A stretch of 64,000 nucleotides of DNA from Eledone cirrhosa (lineage: Eukaryota): NCBI GenBank assembly GCA_964016885.1, contig OZ024744.1, positions 40,734,001 to 40,798,000 on the forward strand. The letters run 5' to 3'. The position numbers and the translations under genes were made by a program. The notes beneath the pieces are model-generated. The model was not told the DNA's origin, made no database searches, and saw only the letters and a list, made by a program, of their open reading frames with translations. Of this stretch, positions 51,844 through 63,460 are shown one piece after another. The first letter of the stretch is position 1, and each line of letters starts with the position of its first letter.

Positions 51844-52997
51844 ATACAATAACAGAGATAGCTTCAAGCTAAACTCCGACTGGTAACCATCTCACTCAAC
51901 AAACATTAGGTTATATGGTAGTATAAACCCAATTTAAGTGTTTGGGTGCTAACTATATGTATTTTGTGGAAAAACCAGTTGTATTATTTTATGAGATATA
52001 ATTAAAGTTAAAATATATCTCTCTTTCCAAACAATTGTTTCATTATAAGTTTTCTACAAATTGGGAGAATGTTTCCAGTTTATGTAGAAGCCTAACATAT
52101 ATTCATGTAAGAATATATTTAGGTGGGCACTTATAAATCTTCAGTGGAAGCCCATTAAACTTTGATATAAGAAAAAATTTTACCGCAGTTAAAAATCGTG
52201 TCTGCTAAGCTGCTCCTTCACGCATCGAATGACCGCCAAATTTGAAATTCCAGCAGTCTTTTGACTGAGGAAGTTTCGTAGCGTCACGAAGCGGGAAAGG
52301 GAGACAACCACGATTCTCGAGAAAAGAAAATAATAAACACGTGGGTTAATTAGTTTTTTCAAAAACATTATCAATCCAACGTGTTAAGAACTCAATTGAA
52401 ATTAAAAAAATAAATGTATGCGTGTATTAATTACACACGCATATAGATATTTTCTTAGGCTAAAAACAGAAGTAATACCAAAATAACAAACCGCATCTCA
52501 CAACCGCAGTAAATACGGAAAGTTACGCTTTAAAAGGCGATTGGGAATGTAATTCTCTGGCCAAATTAAGAGTAAAATATGTCATACACGCGGGTTAATT
52601 AGTTATTTCAAAACTATTATCAATTCCACGTGTTAAGAACTCAATTAATTTAAAAAAATAAATGTATGCATGTAATTATTTACACACGCATATATATATT
52701 TTCTTAGGCTAAAAACAGAGAAGTGACAACCAAAAAACCTCCATATCTCACAACAGTAATAAATACGGAAAGTCATGTTTATAAGGTAGCTGGAAATAAA
52801 TACCTCTGGCCAAATCAAGAGCAAAATATTTAATACAATAACAGAGATAGCTTCAAGCTAAACTCCGACTGGTAACCATCTCACTCAACAAACATTAGGT
52901 TATATGTTAGTATAAACCCAATTTAAGTGTTTGGGGTGCTAACTATATGTATTTTGTGGAAAGCCAGTTGTATTATTTTATGAGATATAATTAAAGT

Positions 52998-53001
<4 letters not shown>
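51841..53001 (-). mobile_element. Non-coding element with about 172-bp terminal direct repeats and one hammerhead (retrozyme-like)
   Basis: 51841-52013 repeated at 52830-53001; internal about 249-bp tandem duplication 52337-52829; flanked by (TA)n. Confidence 0.7.
52025..52149 (-). ncRNA. Type I hammerhead with very large domain II
   Basis: Minus: TTCCA-CTGAAGA-tTTATAAGT..(about 78 nt)..ACTTATAAt-GAAA-C AATT G-TT-TGGAA. Confidence 0.7.
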
Positions 53002-53044
<43 letters not shown>

Positions 53045-53125
53045 GTTATTCCGGGTTGAATCGGAGGTAACCACAGTAAGTAAGGTACTCAATACATAGC
53101 AGAGTATAAAAGTTTTAATATAGGT

Positions 53126-53178
53126 GAGATTCTACAGGACTAGAACTGTTTCATTCATTAGAAATCATCAGGAATCTC
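53126..53178 (-). ncRNA. Type I hammerhead ribozyme
   Basis: Minus: GAGATTC-CTGATGA-tTTC taat GAAt-GAAA-CAG ttctagtc CTG-TA-GAATCTC; GUA site. Confidence 0.8.
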
Positions 53179-53219
53179 TGATGATTTCTAATGAATGAAA
53201 CAGTTCTAGTCCTGTAGAA

Positions 53220-53260
<41 letters not shown>

Positions 53261-53293
53261 TATATTCGTGTACAGATATTTTTGCATACACAA

Positions 53294-53749
53294 GATTAAA
53301 GTTTAAGCAAAGAATCGCTGCTGTCACCCTTAATGGGATCTTCTGAAACTAAAAAAATCAATCTGTGAACGCAGAAGTAAATATTTCGAAAAACATTACA
53401 CACTATATATATATACACACACACTATATATACATATACACACACACACATATATAGCACCATATAGCGTCATAATGTCGTAATGCAGACAGCCAGATAT
53501 ACAGACAGATATTATAAGGGTGCAATGTTATATCTATGTATCTATCTAAAAAGAAAGACTAAGAATTATAGAGAGAGATCGCTAAATCGCCTAATGCGCT
53601 TCCTAGGGCATTGAAAATTTGAAATTTGCTTTGCTCAAAACACTCACAGGACCATAAGTATTACATGTGTAAAGTTTGAAATCAATGGGTTGGGAGGTTC
53701 CCGTGTTTTAGGGAGTCAGACAGACAGACAGACAGACATTCTCTGTTTT

Positions 53750-53760
<11 letters not shown>
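53294..53760 (+). mobile_element. Helentron/DINE-like non-autonomous element fragment
   Basis: AAAGTTTGAA..., (CAGA)n then TTTAGATATATA end; homologous to 60950-61395 and 61430-61720. Confidence 0.5.
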
Positions 53761-53796
<36 letters not shown>

Positions 53797-53992
53797 TACA
53801 ACACAATGTGTGTGTCAAAGATTGTCACATATCAATATTTTCTGTTATGAACTTTTATACATAATTGTTTGTTGCTCGCTGATGTTGTCACACCTATCTG
53901 CTGCATAAACTTCAAAACCCTGGTATTACTGAAATGTTCATAATAAAACGATTAATTAATCACAGAAACCAGTTTTAACATTCATTTGAATA

Positions 53993-54172
53993 ACTGTTTC
54001 TACTTTTGGTAAAAGGCCAGCAATTTCCAAAGTGCATTACTGATGCTTTATTTTATGACCCAGTAAGGATGAAAGGCAAATCTAACTTCAGCAGGATTTG
54101 AACTCAGAACGTAAAGGACCGTAACTCTATGCTGCAAAGCATGATGTCCGACTCTCTACCGATACTGCCAAA
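53993..54172 (-). mobile_element. SINE family B
   Basis: Reverse-complement match to family B. Confidence 0.75.
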
Positions 54173-54327
54173 TGATACTCCATCATGTTCAATATGATCC
54201 CATATCAATGGTGGATACATATTCCAGCATGGGTTGCTCTATTCTGCTAAAACTTAGTTTGTTGATTGAGATGAGGCATACAAAACTTGCAGAAATAAAT
54301 GCTTGAATAAATAACGACAATTATATT

Positions 54328-54829
54328 TACCTTATATGCTGGCATACAAGTCGATACAGTGTATAGGTCGACCTTTAAAATTCTGAGGTGTAATTCAGGT
54401 TCAGGCCTATATTCGTCGGATAAGACAACCCCCCCAAAAGTAAAGCAGTTGCAAGGGAAATACTTCAAAAAATTTAGTGACCAAGATACTTCTAAAACAC
54501 TTCAGTCACAAGTGAGTTCTACCTCACTGAGTAAACCAACCTAGCCTAACCTTAATGAACCTATGGTAACCTGCCCTATGAGCTACAGCAAGTCATTGAC
54601 ACTATTATAATCTCTATATTAGACTTAACAAATATGAGATTCAGTAGGAAATAATTGTGGTGGGCTGCTAGAGTTATTGTAAATGGTGAATGTTAGACAG
54701 GCAGTTTCACTGTTTACCCCTCAGTAGTAAAGGTTCACATTTTCTATTTGGCAGATAAGTCGACCCCTGGTTTTGGAGAGATATTACTAGGCTCCAAATG
54801 TCGACTTGTATGCCAGCATATATATAGTA
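54328..54829. mobile_element. Tc1/mariner-pogo-type non-autonomous element
   Basis: TIRs TACCTTATATGCTGGCATACAAGTCGA / TCGACTTGTATGCCAGCATATATATAGTA; subterminal GTCGAC repeats. Confidence 0.7.
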
Positions 54830-54879
54830 TTTATACGGACGCTTTTAGCATCCAACACCAATTATATATATATATATGT

Positions 54880-56056
54880 AAGCATGGCCTAGAATCAAAA
54901 GGCATTAAAGTTAACTTGTATAAGACTAAAGTTCTAGTATGTAAAAAGGAAAATAGGGCACAGGTGCCCTCTGGGAAATGGCCATGCTCAGTGTGTAGGA
55001 AAGGAGTAGGTATTTTCCATTTTATGTCCCAAATGCAAACTATTGGTACATAAAAGATGTAGTGGGATCACAGGTAAACTATCTAAGAACGTAGACTTTA
55101 TATGTGGCCAATGCTCAGGTGCAATAAGTAGCAAGTGTCCACAGGATACTAGCTCCTTCTATTGCTCAGATGGTTCTATAGAATTAGTAGACACTTTCCG
55201 TTACATTGGTGACAAAATCAGCAGTGGAGGAGGGTGCTCTGAAAGTACAGTACCCAGAGTCAGAACGAGATCGAAAAAGTTCAGAGAGCTTATATCGCTG
55301 TTGGCCACAAAAGGTTTCTCTCTAAAAATGAAAGGCAGATTGTATGATGCCTGTATACGAACAGCAATGATGCATGGCAGTGAGACATGGGCATTGTGTG
55401 CAGAGGACCTGCGCAGACTGGAAAGGAATGAAGCATGCATGCTCCATTGGATGTGTAATAGCAATGTACGCGAACGGCAAAACATAAATGAACTAAGTGA
55501 GAAATTAGGAATAAGAGGGATCAGATGCTGCTTACTTGAGAGAAGACTACATTGGTATGGTCACATGATGCAGCTGAAAGACGACAGCTATATAAAACAG
55601 TGCAGGGCAATCAAAATTGATGGAAGTTATGGAGTAGGTAGACCCAGAAAAACCTGGGATGATATGAAAAATTCCGACCTCCTTACACACTTCACCTCTC
55701 TAAGGCGATGTCACTGGACCGAGATCTTTGGCACCACGCAGTAATACAGAAGACCCGCCTTGCCTATGTACAAAGCAAAACCTAGTCAGTAGGCACCTCT
55801 TAACCAAATATACACCCCAATCCACTACCCCGACTACATCCTCCCACTCCCACCAACACCACCCTTTCTCTGTTTAAGTTGGTGCCTTAACATCCACTCC
55901 AAATTAATGAGATAATGAGATCGAGATTGTGTAGGTGTCACAACAAAAAAACACACAGTCCACGCTGTAATGTGGCCATGTAGGTAACACAGTAAAAAGT
56001 TCCCAGTCCACACTGTAAATGTGGAAAATAGACGTTAAACGATGATGATGATGATA
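54880..56056 (+). mobile_element. RTE LINE, 5'-truncated
   Basis: GLESKGIKVNLYKTKV..KWPCSVCRKGVG; ORF 55043..55744; tail GACGTTAAACGATGATG. Confidence 0.9.
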
Positions 56057-56099
56057 TATATGTATTTTTAAACTTAACATGTATTCGTTACTTTAGGTT

Positions 56100-56276
56100 T
56101 CAGGATCCAGTTATAGTCCAAAATTTACATAGTGTACCTTGTTTAAATCTTACATTTAATCCTTTTCTACATATTGAGTAGGGCCACTTTCCTAAAGGAA
56201 CCAGGGTCCTATCTTCTTTCTTACATACTATCACTTTAGTTTTGGCTAAGTTTACTCTTAGACCTTTTGATTCCAA
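56100..56276 (-). mobile_element. RTE fragment
   Basis: LESKGLRVNLAKTKVIVCKKE..GKWPYSICRKG. Confidence 0.7.
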
Positions 56277-58279
56277 ATATATATGTGTGGGAGTGTGTGT
56301 GTGTATGCATGTATGCATATGTGCATATGTATATGAATATGTATGTTTATATATGTGTGTGTGTGTGTATGTATGCATATGTGCCAATGTATATGAATAT
56401 GTATGTTTATATATATGTGTGTGACTCCCTCTCCCTGTCTTTATGCACATATTTTAAACCTAAGTTATGCGATTTATTCATAATACTCATTGTAACTTTA
56501 CATGTTAGGAAATATTTTTTTCATTGTCTTGATATTTAAATAATTTAATATTTAAAATAGAAAATATTAAGAGAATATTTTCTCTTATTTATTTATTCAT
56601 TTATTTATTTATTTATTTTCTCTATCAGAGATATTCTATTTCAAGTTTCTTGGAAATAAATAATTTTTTCTTCATAGTGAAAAGAAATTGAAATTCTATA
56701 TTATACCAAAGATAACATTACCTGGGTTTCAACTCTTAAACTGTTAGCTTCCTTTTGAAACTGTATTGAGAATTTTTATTTTTATTTTTATTTTATATTA
56801 TTTTATTTTATTTTTATTTTATTTTTTTTTGTATTTCAATAAACTTTTTTTTTCTTTTTATTGCTGTTGTTTAAATTCTCATCATTTTCCATACTGGCAA
56901 AAATCAATTCGCAAAAGCAAAGTAAGAGAAACCGATAAGTTAATTTAATTTCAAAACCTCATGAATATTTCCAAAGAACTCAAAAATGATATATCATTAA
57001 CATCACCCTGCTCCTCATCATCATCATCATCATGATTTTATGTCTGCTTTTCTTGCTGGCATGGGATGGATAGTTTGTCACTGTCTGAGATTAGACGGGT
57101 TAAGGAAACTTCCTTTTACTCATATGTTCAATATTTAGCACAGTTTTTAGTAAACCACCTTATATAGTGTATTGAGAGTATTTTTTCTTTTTTTCTTTTG
57201 TTTTTTTTTGAAAAAGCATTAAGACTTTACAGAGTGTACTAGGTGTATTTTATAGTTGCACAAACACACCGTAATAAAAATTTTAGAATGACTTATAGTA
57301 TATATTTTTCTCCCTTTGATTTTATTCAAAATATACTGGGAGCAGTGGTTAAGAAGTTGCTTCACTAACATGATATTCTGTGTTTGATTCTACTACAAGG
57401 ACTCTAGGACAACTGTCTTGGGTTGACACAAGCCTTATGAATGAAATTGTGAAGATGGAAACAGTGTAGAAGCCCATTGAATGACCTAAACATGTTGCAT
57501 AATGTTATATGAATTCTTCTTCTTCTTCATCATCTTCTTCTTCTTCTTCTCCTTCTCCTTCTTCTCCTTCACCACAACCACCATTACACAATCAAGGACA
57601 GTAACAAGGGATCTTCAGAAGAAGCTAAGAAGTCAGCCAGGGAATCATATTACTTACCAATATATTCAGCGACTATAATAACATTATCAGATATCAAAAC
57701 TATATCTGTTAGTGTCTTAAGAAAAAGATTTCTTTATTTTTCAAAAGTTTCTATTCATAATTCATAAACAGACATGAAGATTTTACTATATCACAGCCGA
57801 GTCATGCAAATGCTTTGTTGTCCTGTCAGAAAAATGTGTTGCCCCCAAAGAATGATGAGGGGGAATATGCTGCTTGTTAAAATGAAAGGCATATAAAAAA
57901 GAAAGAAAAGAAAAAATTAGCAGAATCTCTCATCGGTGCAGTAACTTAACAGACTTTTAGTCTTCTATGCATTCAGAATTCTTGAATTGTCCAGCCTTGC
58001 CATAACAAACTATTACATTCTTCACAAAAGAATGGTATGTTTTTGCTCACCTTCCAGAACATCTTTATGCAATCTGTGAAGAAATGGTTGACACAAGACA
58101 GAATCCACAGTACTGTGATATAAAAACCATATCTGAATTATATCTGTTAGTGTCTTAAGAAAAAGATTTCTTTATTTTTCAAAAGTTTCTATTCATAATT
58201 CACAAACACACATACACGCACATATACATATATATATAATATATATATAATATATATATATATATTTGTATATATACAT

Positions 58280-58452
58280 ATCATCATCATCACTGTTTTA
58301 CGTCCATTCTTCCACGCTAGCATGGGTTAGAGGGGTTGTCCTGTTATAGGCAATGCCAGGTCGGGTGACCATCTCTTGCTCATATGGGAACTGATTTTGG
58401 CTTGATTTCTACAGCTGGATGCCCTTCCTAACACCAACCTCATTTACAGTGA
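58280..58452 (-). mobile_element. RTE/SINE 3' tail fragment
   Basis: CATCATCA..TTTTACGTCC..GCTGGATGCCCTTCCTAACACCAACC. Confidence 0.7.
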
Positions 58453-58817
58453 CTACTGGTTATGATTTTATGACTGCCAGATGCCCGTCCTAAGCACAAA
58501 CCAAGTTTATATATATATATAATTTGGGACCCTGATGGCTGAGCTCAGCTGTCGGGGTCCCAAATTTTTTATATTACCCACTCTACGATCCTAAGTATCG
58601 AGTACTCTCATGACTAATGGTCTAACGGATTTTACCGCTTCCATTCTAATATATATATATATATAATCAACAGGTTATAATTCACTTTGTTTATTCATAA
58701 TCACTGTTATATATAACAATTATGCAACAATTATGACCTCATCAGATGGAATTTGAACAAAACAAAAACAGAAAAAGCAGAAAGAAGAAATAAATAATTT
58801 ATATTATGTATAAGTAA

Positions 58818-59002
58818 TATGGACTGGCAGTATCGGTAGAGTCGGACTCCATGCTTTGACGCAAAGAGTTACGGCCCTTTCCATTCTGAGTTCAAATCCC
58901 GCTGAGGTTAACTTTGCCTTTCATCCTTATGGGGTCGATAAAATAAAGTACCAGTAATACACTGGGTAATTGCTGGCCTTGTGCCAAAAGTAGAAACAAT
59001 TA
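58818..59002 (+). mobile_element. SINE family B
   Basis: Full-length match to 28400-28593. Confidence 0.85.
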
Positions 59003-59172
59003 TACATATATATATATCTAGCGTGGAAAGTGGACGTTAAACGAGGATGATGATGATGATGATGATGATGATATATATATACACACACAAATACTCTTTT
59101 ACTCTTTTACCTGTTCCAGCCATCTGGCTGAGGCCAAGCTGGGGCACCGCCCTTGTGTATATATTTCTATAT

Positions 59173-59969
59173 AATTTCAAAAACACCGAAGATTCAAGGC
59201 ATTGTAAAACTGACATATGTTTCTGCCGGCCTAAACTCACCAAAATTTCAAAATTTTAATTTTATAATTTTATAATTTTTATAGCTTAATCCTCAGGTGT
59301 TGATTCAAGGTCGGCATCATCAGAGTTTATTTATGCATCATCAATATTTCGCATAAGTTGAAAGTTCATTACTCATTTATCATTCATTATAATAACAGAT
59401 TACAGGGATATTTTTAAAAATCTTTAAAAGTTCCAAAAATTTCTGAGAATTTTCCCCAAAAAATTTTGAGGAATTTAAAAAAAAAAACGTTTCAAAACAA
59501 TTTCAAAACAATAATTTCAAAAGGTCATTCAAAAATACTTTAAGTTTAGCAATGGTGTAAGGAAGACAACGTTTGTGAAATTTAGAGAGAAGAATTTTAC
59601 TTTGAAAAATTTATATGCTTAGAATCATGATTAAAAAAAGTTTTTCATTAATGAAATCATGAGAATATATCTTGAGGAAAGCAATACATATATACTTATA
59701 ATTTGTTTTGCCAATATGAATAGTTGCCTGTAGTTGGAAACGCTCCTGATTTAAATTTTAAGATTTGTTTAAAATAGTATATACATGTGCTTATTCTGAT
59801 GATGCCCACCTTGAATCAACACCTGAGGGTTAAGTTATAAAACTATAACATTTAAAAATAAAAAATTTAGAAATTTTCAAATTGTAATATTATGGTCCTA
59901 GGTGAGTTTAGGCTGGCAGAAACATATGTCAGTTTGACAATGCCTTGAATCTTCAGTGTTTTTGAAATT
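59173..59969. mobile_element. MITE/foldback-like element with about 150-175-bp TIRs
   Basis: 59173-59324 is reverse-complementary to 59795-59969; AT-rich non-coding interior. Confidence 0.7.
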
Positions 59970-60055
59970 GTGTGAACCCCATTACATTAATCTTTTAACC
60001 ATCCGGTAAAGCAGTTTTAATACTCCAGTTAATAATATCATTATTACTACTAGTA

Positions 60056-60437
60056 TCATCATCATCATCATCATCATTTTACGTCCGCTTTTCCCTGCTT
60101 GCAAGGGTGGGACGGGAACTGATTCTGGCTTGATTTCTACAGCTGGATGCCCTTCCTAACACCAACCTCATTTACAGTGAGTGCTGGGTGCTTTTTTTCC
60201 GTAGCGCCTACACGTCCACTTTACAGTGTGGGCTGGGTGCTTTTTTGCTGTGGCACCTCCACGACCACTTTGCAGTGGAATGATATGGACCCCAGTCCCT
60301 ATCATCTCATTTCTACAGCTGAGTAAACTGGAGCAATGTGAAATAAAGTATCTTGCTCAAGGAAACAACACATCACCCGGTCTGAGAATTGAACTCACAA
60401 CCTTTCGATTGCAAGGCCAATAAGCCATGTGCCTCCA
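60056..60437 (-). mobile_element. SINE family A (small deletion in head)
   Basis: Matches 19069-19448; lacks GCTCTAACCACT. Confidence 0.9.
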
Positions 60438-60465
60438 GTCCAGCCATATAAATATATATATATAT

Positions 60466-61910
60466 ACTAGCAGTGGTACCCGGCGTTGCACGGCATAAGG
60501 TATTTTGGAACGCGGGCCGCCAACAGACCTAATCGTGGAAAAACTGCATGCCTGGATAATATGTAAAGAAAATAAACCGAATACACTGATGTCGGGATAA
60601 TCTAAGATTTTCCTCGATGAAGCAGGAAAAAGGCAGGTTTTCACCTAATGTGGGCCCTAGGGGATCAAGAAAATGAATTTTTATGTAAATAATATGCCTT
60701 GAAATTTCGGGAAAATCGGCTAAACATAACGCCTTAAAAAAGCCCTAAAAAGCTGGAAAAACGCAGTTTTTCACCTAATAGGGGATCAAATTTTTTATGT
60801 GTATAACACTCCCTGAAATATAAGTAATACACATGTAAAGTCTGAAAAAGATTGGTTGGGTACTTCTCGGGTTTCACACACACACACACACACATACACA
60901 CATACATCCTTCCTCAGTTTTATATATATACATATATAGATTAAAATAACAGATTAAAGTTTAAGCAAAGAATCGTTGCTTTCATCCTTAACGGGATCTT
61001 CTGAAACTAAAATCATGAATCTGTGAACGCAGAAGTAAATATTTCGAAAAACGTTGCAATCGAAGGAAAACAGGAAGATGATACTTTGGTTCGTGAAGAC
61101 ATTCCCTGGCAATGAACGGATAATAGTGAACATAATACGTCATCAATGTTCGTCAGAATGTCGTAATGCAGACAGCCAAGCATACAGACAGATATTATAA
61201 GAGTGCGACGGAGATGGTTAACCGACGCTTAACAACAAAAAATTGAAAAATAAAAGCTGCAGTTAATATCTTTAGACCGCAAGGAATATGTAAATGCAAG
61301 TTTGAAGTCAATTGGAGTAGAAATGTGGATTTGTATAGACTTTGCAAAAATGAGGGGACACACACACAGACAACATCAGTTTTATATATATATAGACTAG
61401 CAGAAAACCACCTGGGGGCGGTTTTCTGCTAGTCTATATATCTAAAACAGAGAATGTCTGTCTGTCAGCTCACTAAAACTTGAGAACCATCCACCGATTG
61501 TTTTGAAACTTTAGACATGTAATACTTATGGTCCTGTGAGTGTTTTGAGCAAAAATTATTTCAAATTTTCAATGCCCTAGGGACAGCATTAGGCGATTTA
61601 GCGTTCTCTCTATATAATTCTTAGTCTTTCTTTTTAGATAGATACATAGATATAACGTTGCGCCCTTATAATATCTGTCTGTATGTCTGACTGTCTGCAT
61701 TACGTTATTATGACGCGCTCAGTGTGTGTGTGTATATATATATGTATCGTAATGCAGACAGCAAGACATAGCTTTCCTTCGCCTCTTCCAGCGTCTCTCT
61801 CTCTCCCTCCCGCTACCCCCCTCTTGTAGTCTGTCTCTTTCTTTCACTCTCACTCTCTCTCTACGCGTCGGACAGACAGACAGAGAAATTGCTGGTTATA
61901 TATTATAAGG
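60466..61910. mobile_element. Cluster of Helentron/DINE-like non-autonomous elements
   Basis: Starts ACTAGCAG..CCCGGCGTTGCACGG; ends (CA/CAGA)n..TTTTATATATATAGA; mutual homology with 51626 and 53294-53760. Confidence 0.5.
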
Positions 61911-62229
61911 AGATTAGGCTTATTACTTTTTGAGTTTTTGTAAAATAGTTGATTTCCTATATCATAATTCAATGGATTTTTGTTAAAAAATAATTAAGAT
62001 AGATTTAATTTTGTTTATTTTTTAAAGAATGTCACCCCAACATGATATTTCTAAAATCGTATATAAGTACAGTAGTACTTTGACTTTTAGGAGCCTTCTA
62101 TGACTTTCTGGAACCTTCTAGACACTTTTGGAACTTTCTAGAACTTTCTGAGTATTTATGACATGCATGGTGAATAGCTGTGTAGTGAGGACAAGCAGTT
62201 ATATAATCTTCAAATTGAAAACAAAGAAC

Positions 62230-63460
62230 ATGTTGGATATACAACTGGAAAGACTGTGAGTTCCAAAACTAATCATCCATCCAAAAGAAAAAAAGTGACC
62301 TTGGAGAAAACTACAACAGCAGTAACAACAACAACACCTTCAGCTTCCGAATCAGAGACCCAATCAGAGAGTGAATATGAAGAGTCCGAAAGTTCTGGAG
62401 AACAATTTACAAGAAAACGAAAGAATTTACAAGAAAACCAAATTAGTAACATCTTCAGACTTATCAACCAGCAAATAGCAAATGTTTGTCAGCAGTCAGC
62501 AGTTACCTTAAGAAGGGATTGATTTTGAGACACCTTCTAGTATTTACAGATCTACTGTTAACGAAGTTGTTAAACTTAAAGAAGAAATGAAGAAAACACA
62601 GCACTTAGAAAATTAGCCTATGCATTTTAATGGTAAATAAATTGAAGGCCAAGAATATCATGTGCTTGTTTTGAAGAATGAAAGAAGAGAAGTTCAGTTA
62701 GACACATTAGATTTATCAAATAGAAAAGCATATACCATTGTCAAAGGCATAACAGCTGTTCTGGATGAATACATTTTATGGAAAAGCATAAAAATAATTG
62801 TTGCGTACACTACAAATGGGAGCAGGAATAGGATTGTAATTCAGTTACAAAGACTATTTGCTCAAAAGAAACTGGAAAAACCATAATTCATTGGCTGTCA
62901 ACATCATGTTCGGGATTGAGTGCTTCGCATATGACAAACTTGGAGGAAAAAACACATCACCCAATATCGAACATCCATTTATACGTGAACTTGTTAATAA
63001 CTAGAATAGCTTTAGAAGATTACTGAAACAGCAGGCTGGCATGATGATATGAACATTTTTATTTCATTTAACTTGAGTTTTTTACTTTTTCAAAGAAACT
63101 GGAAAATTTCCAAAAGATGGAATTATAGAGCAATACTAGTTATTTTTGGCTTTTATTCTTCTACCAGAGAAAAGACACTTGCTATTCGAAATTTGTAGAT
63201 TCATCTTTTACAGATGGGTGGACCATTGGTTTACTGACCAAATCTACAATGCATATGATTATCAGAAGCTATGTAGCAGCTTAAAGTCTCACAAAAAAGC
63301 ATTAAACTCTGTGAAAAGGTTTTGGAATCCAGAACCATTGAAACTCAAAATTCAGTGTGAAGAACAAGCAATCAAGTGCCTTCAAGTACTTTATGACATC
63401 TATAAAATGAAAGAGAAAGATCAGCCTAGAGTTATTTTGTCTAATAAAACACAATAATTG
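62230..63460 (+). pseudogene. Degraded DNA transposase, probably hAT-superfamily (hATm-like)
   Basis: Broken motifs HFNGK, VAYTTNG, FIGCQHHV and CEEQAIK resemble HWDGK / DTT..NTG / CxHH / ERAIK. Confidence 0.5.

Noticed and set aside
52262-52305. CTGAGGA-stem-GGAAA hammerhead-like motif on the plus strand
   Set aside because: Stem II pairs but no convincing stem I, stem III or UH site
58660-58756. Minus-strand CTGATGA followed by GGTCATAATT..AATTATAACC stem
   Set aside because: Truncated before GAAA; at most a partial ribozyme
59796-59830. CTGATGA in the MITE TIR
   Set aside because: No downstream GAAA or helices
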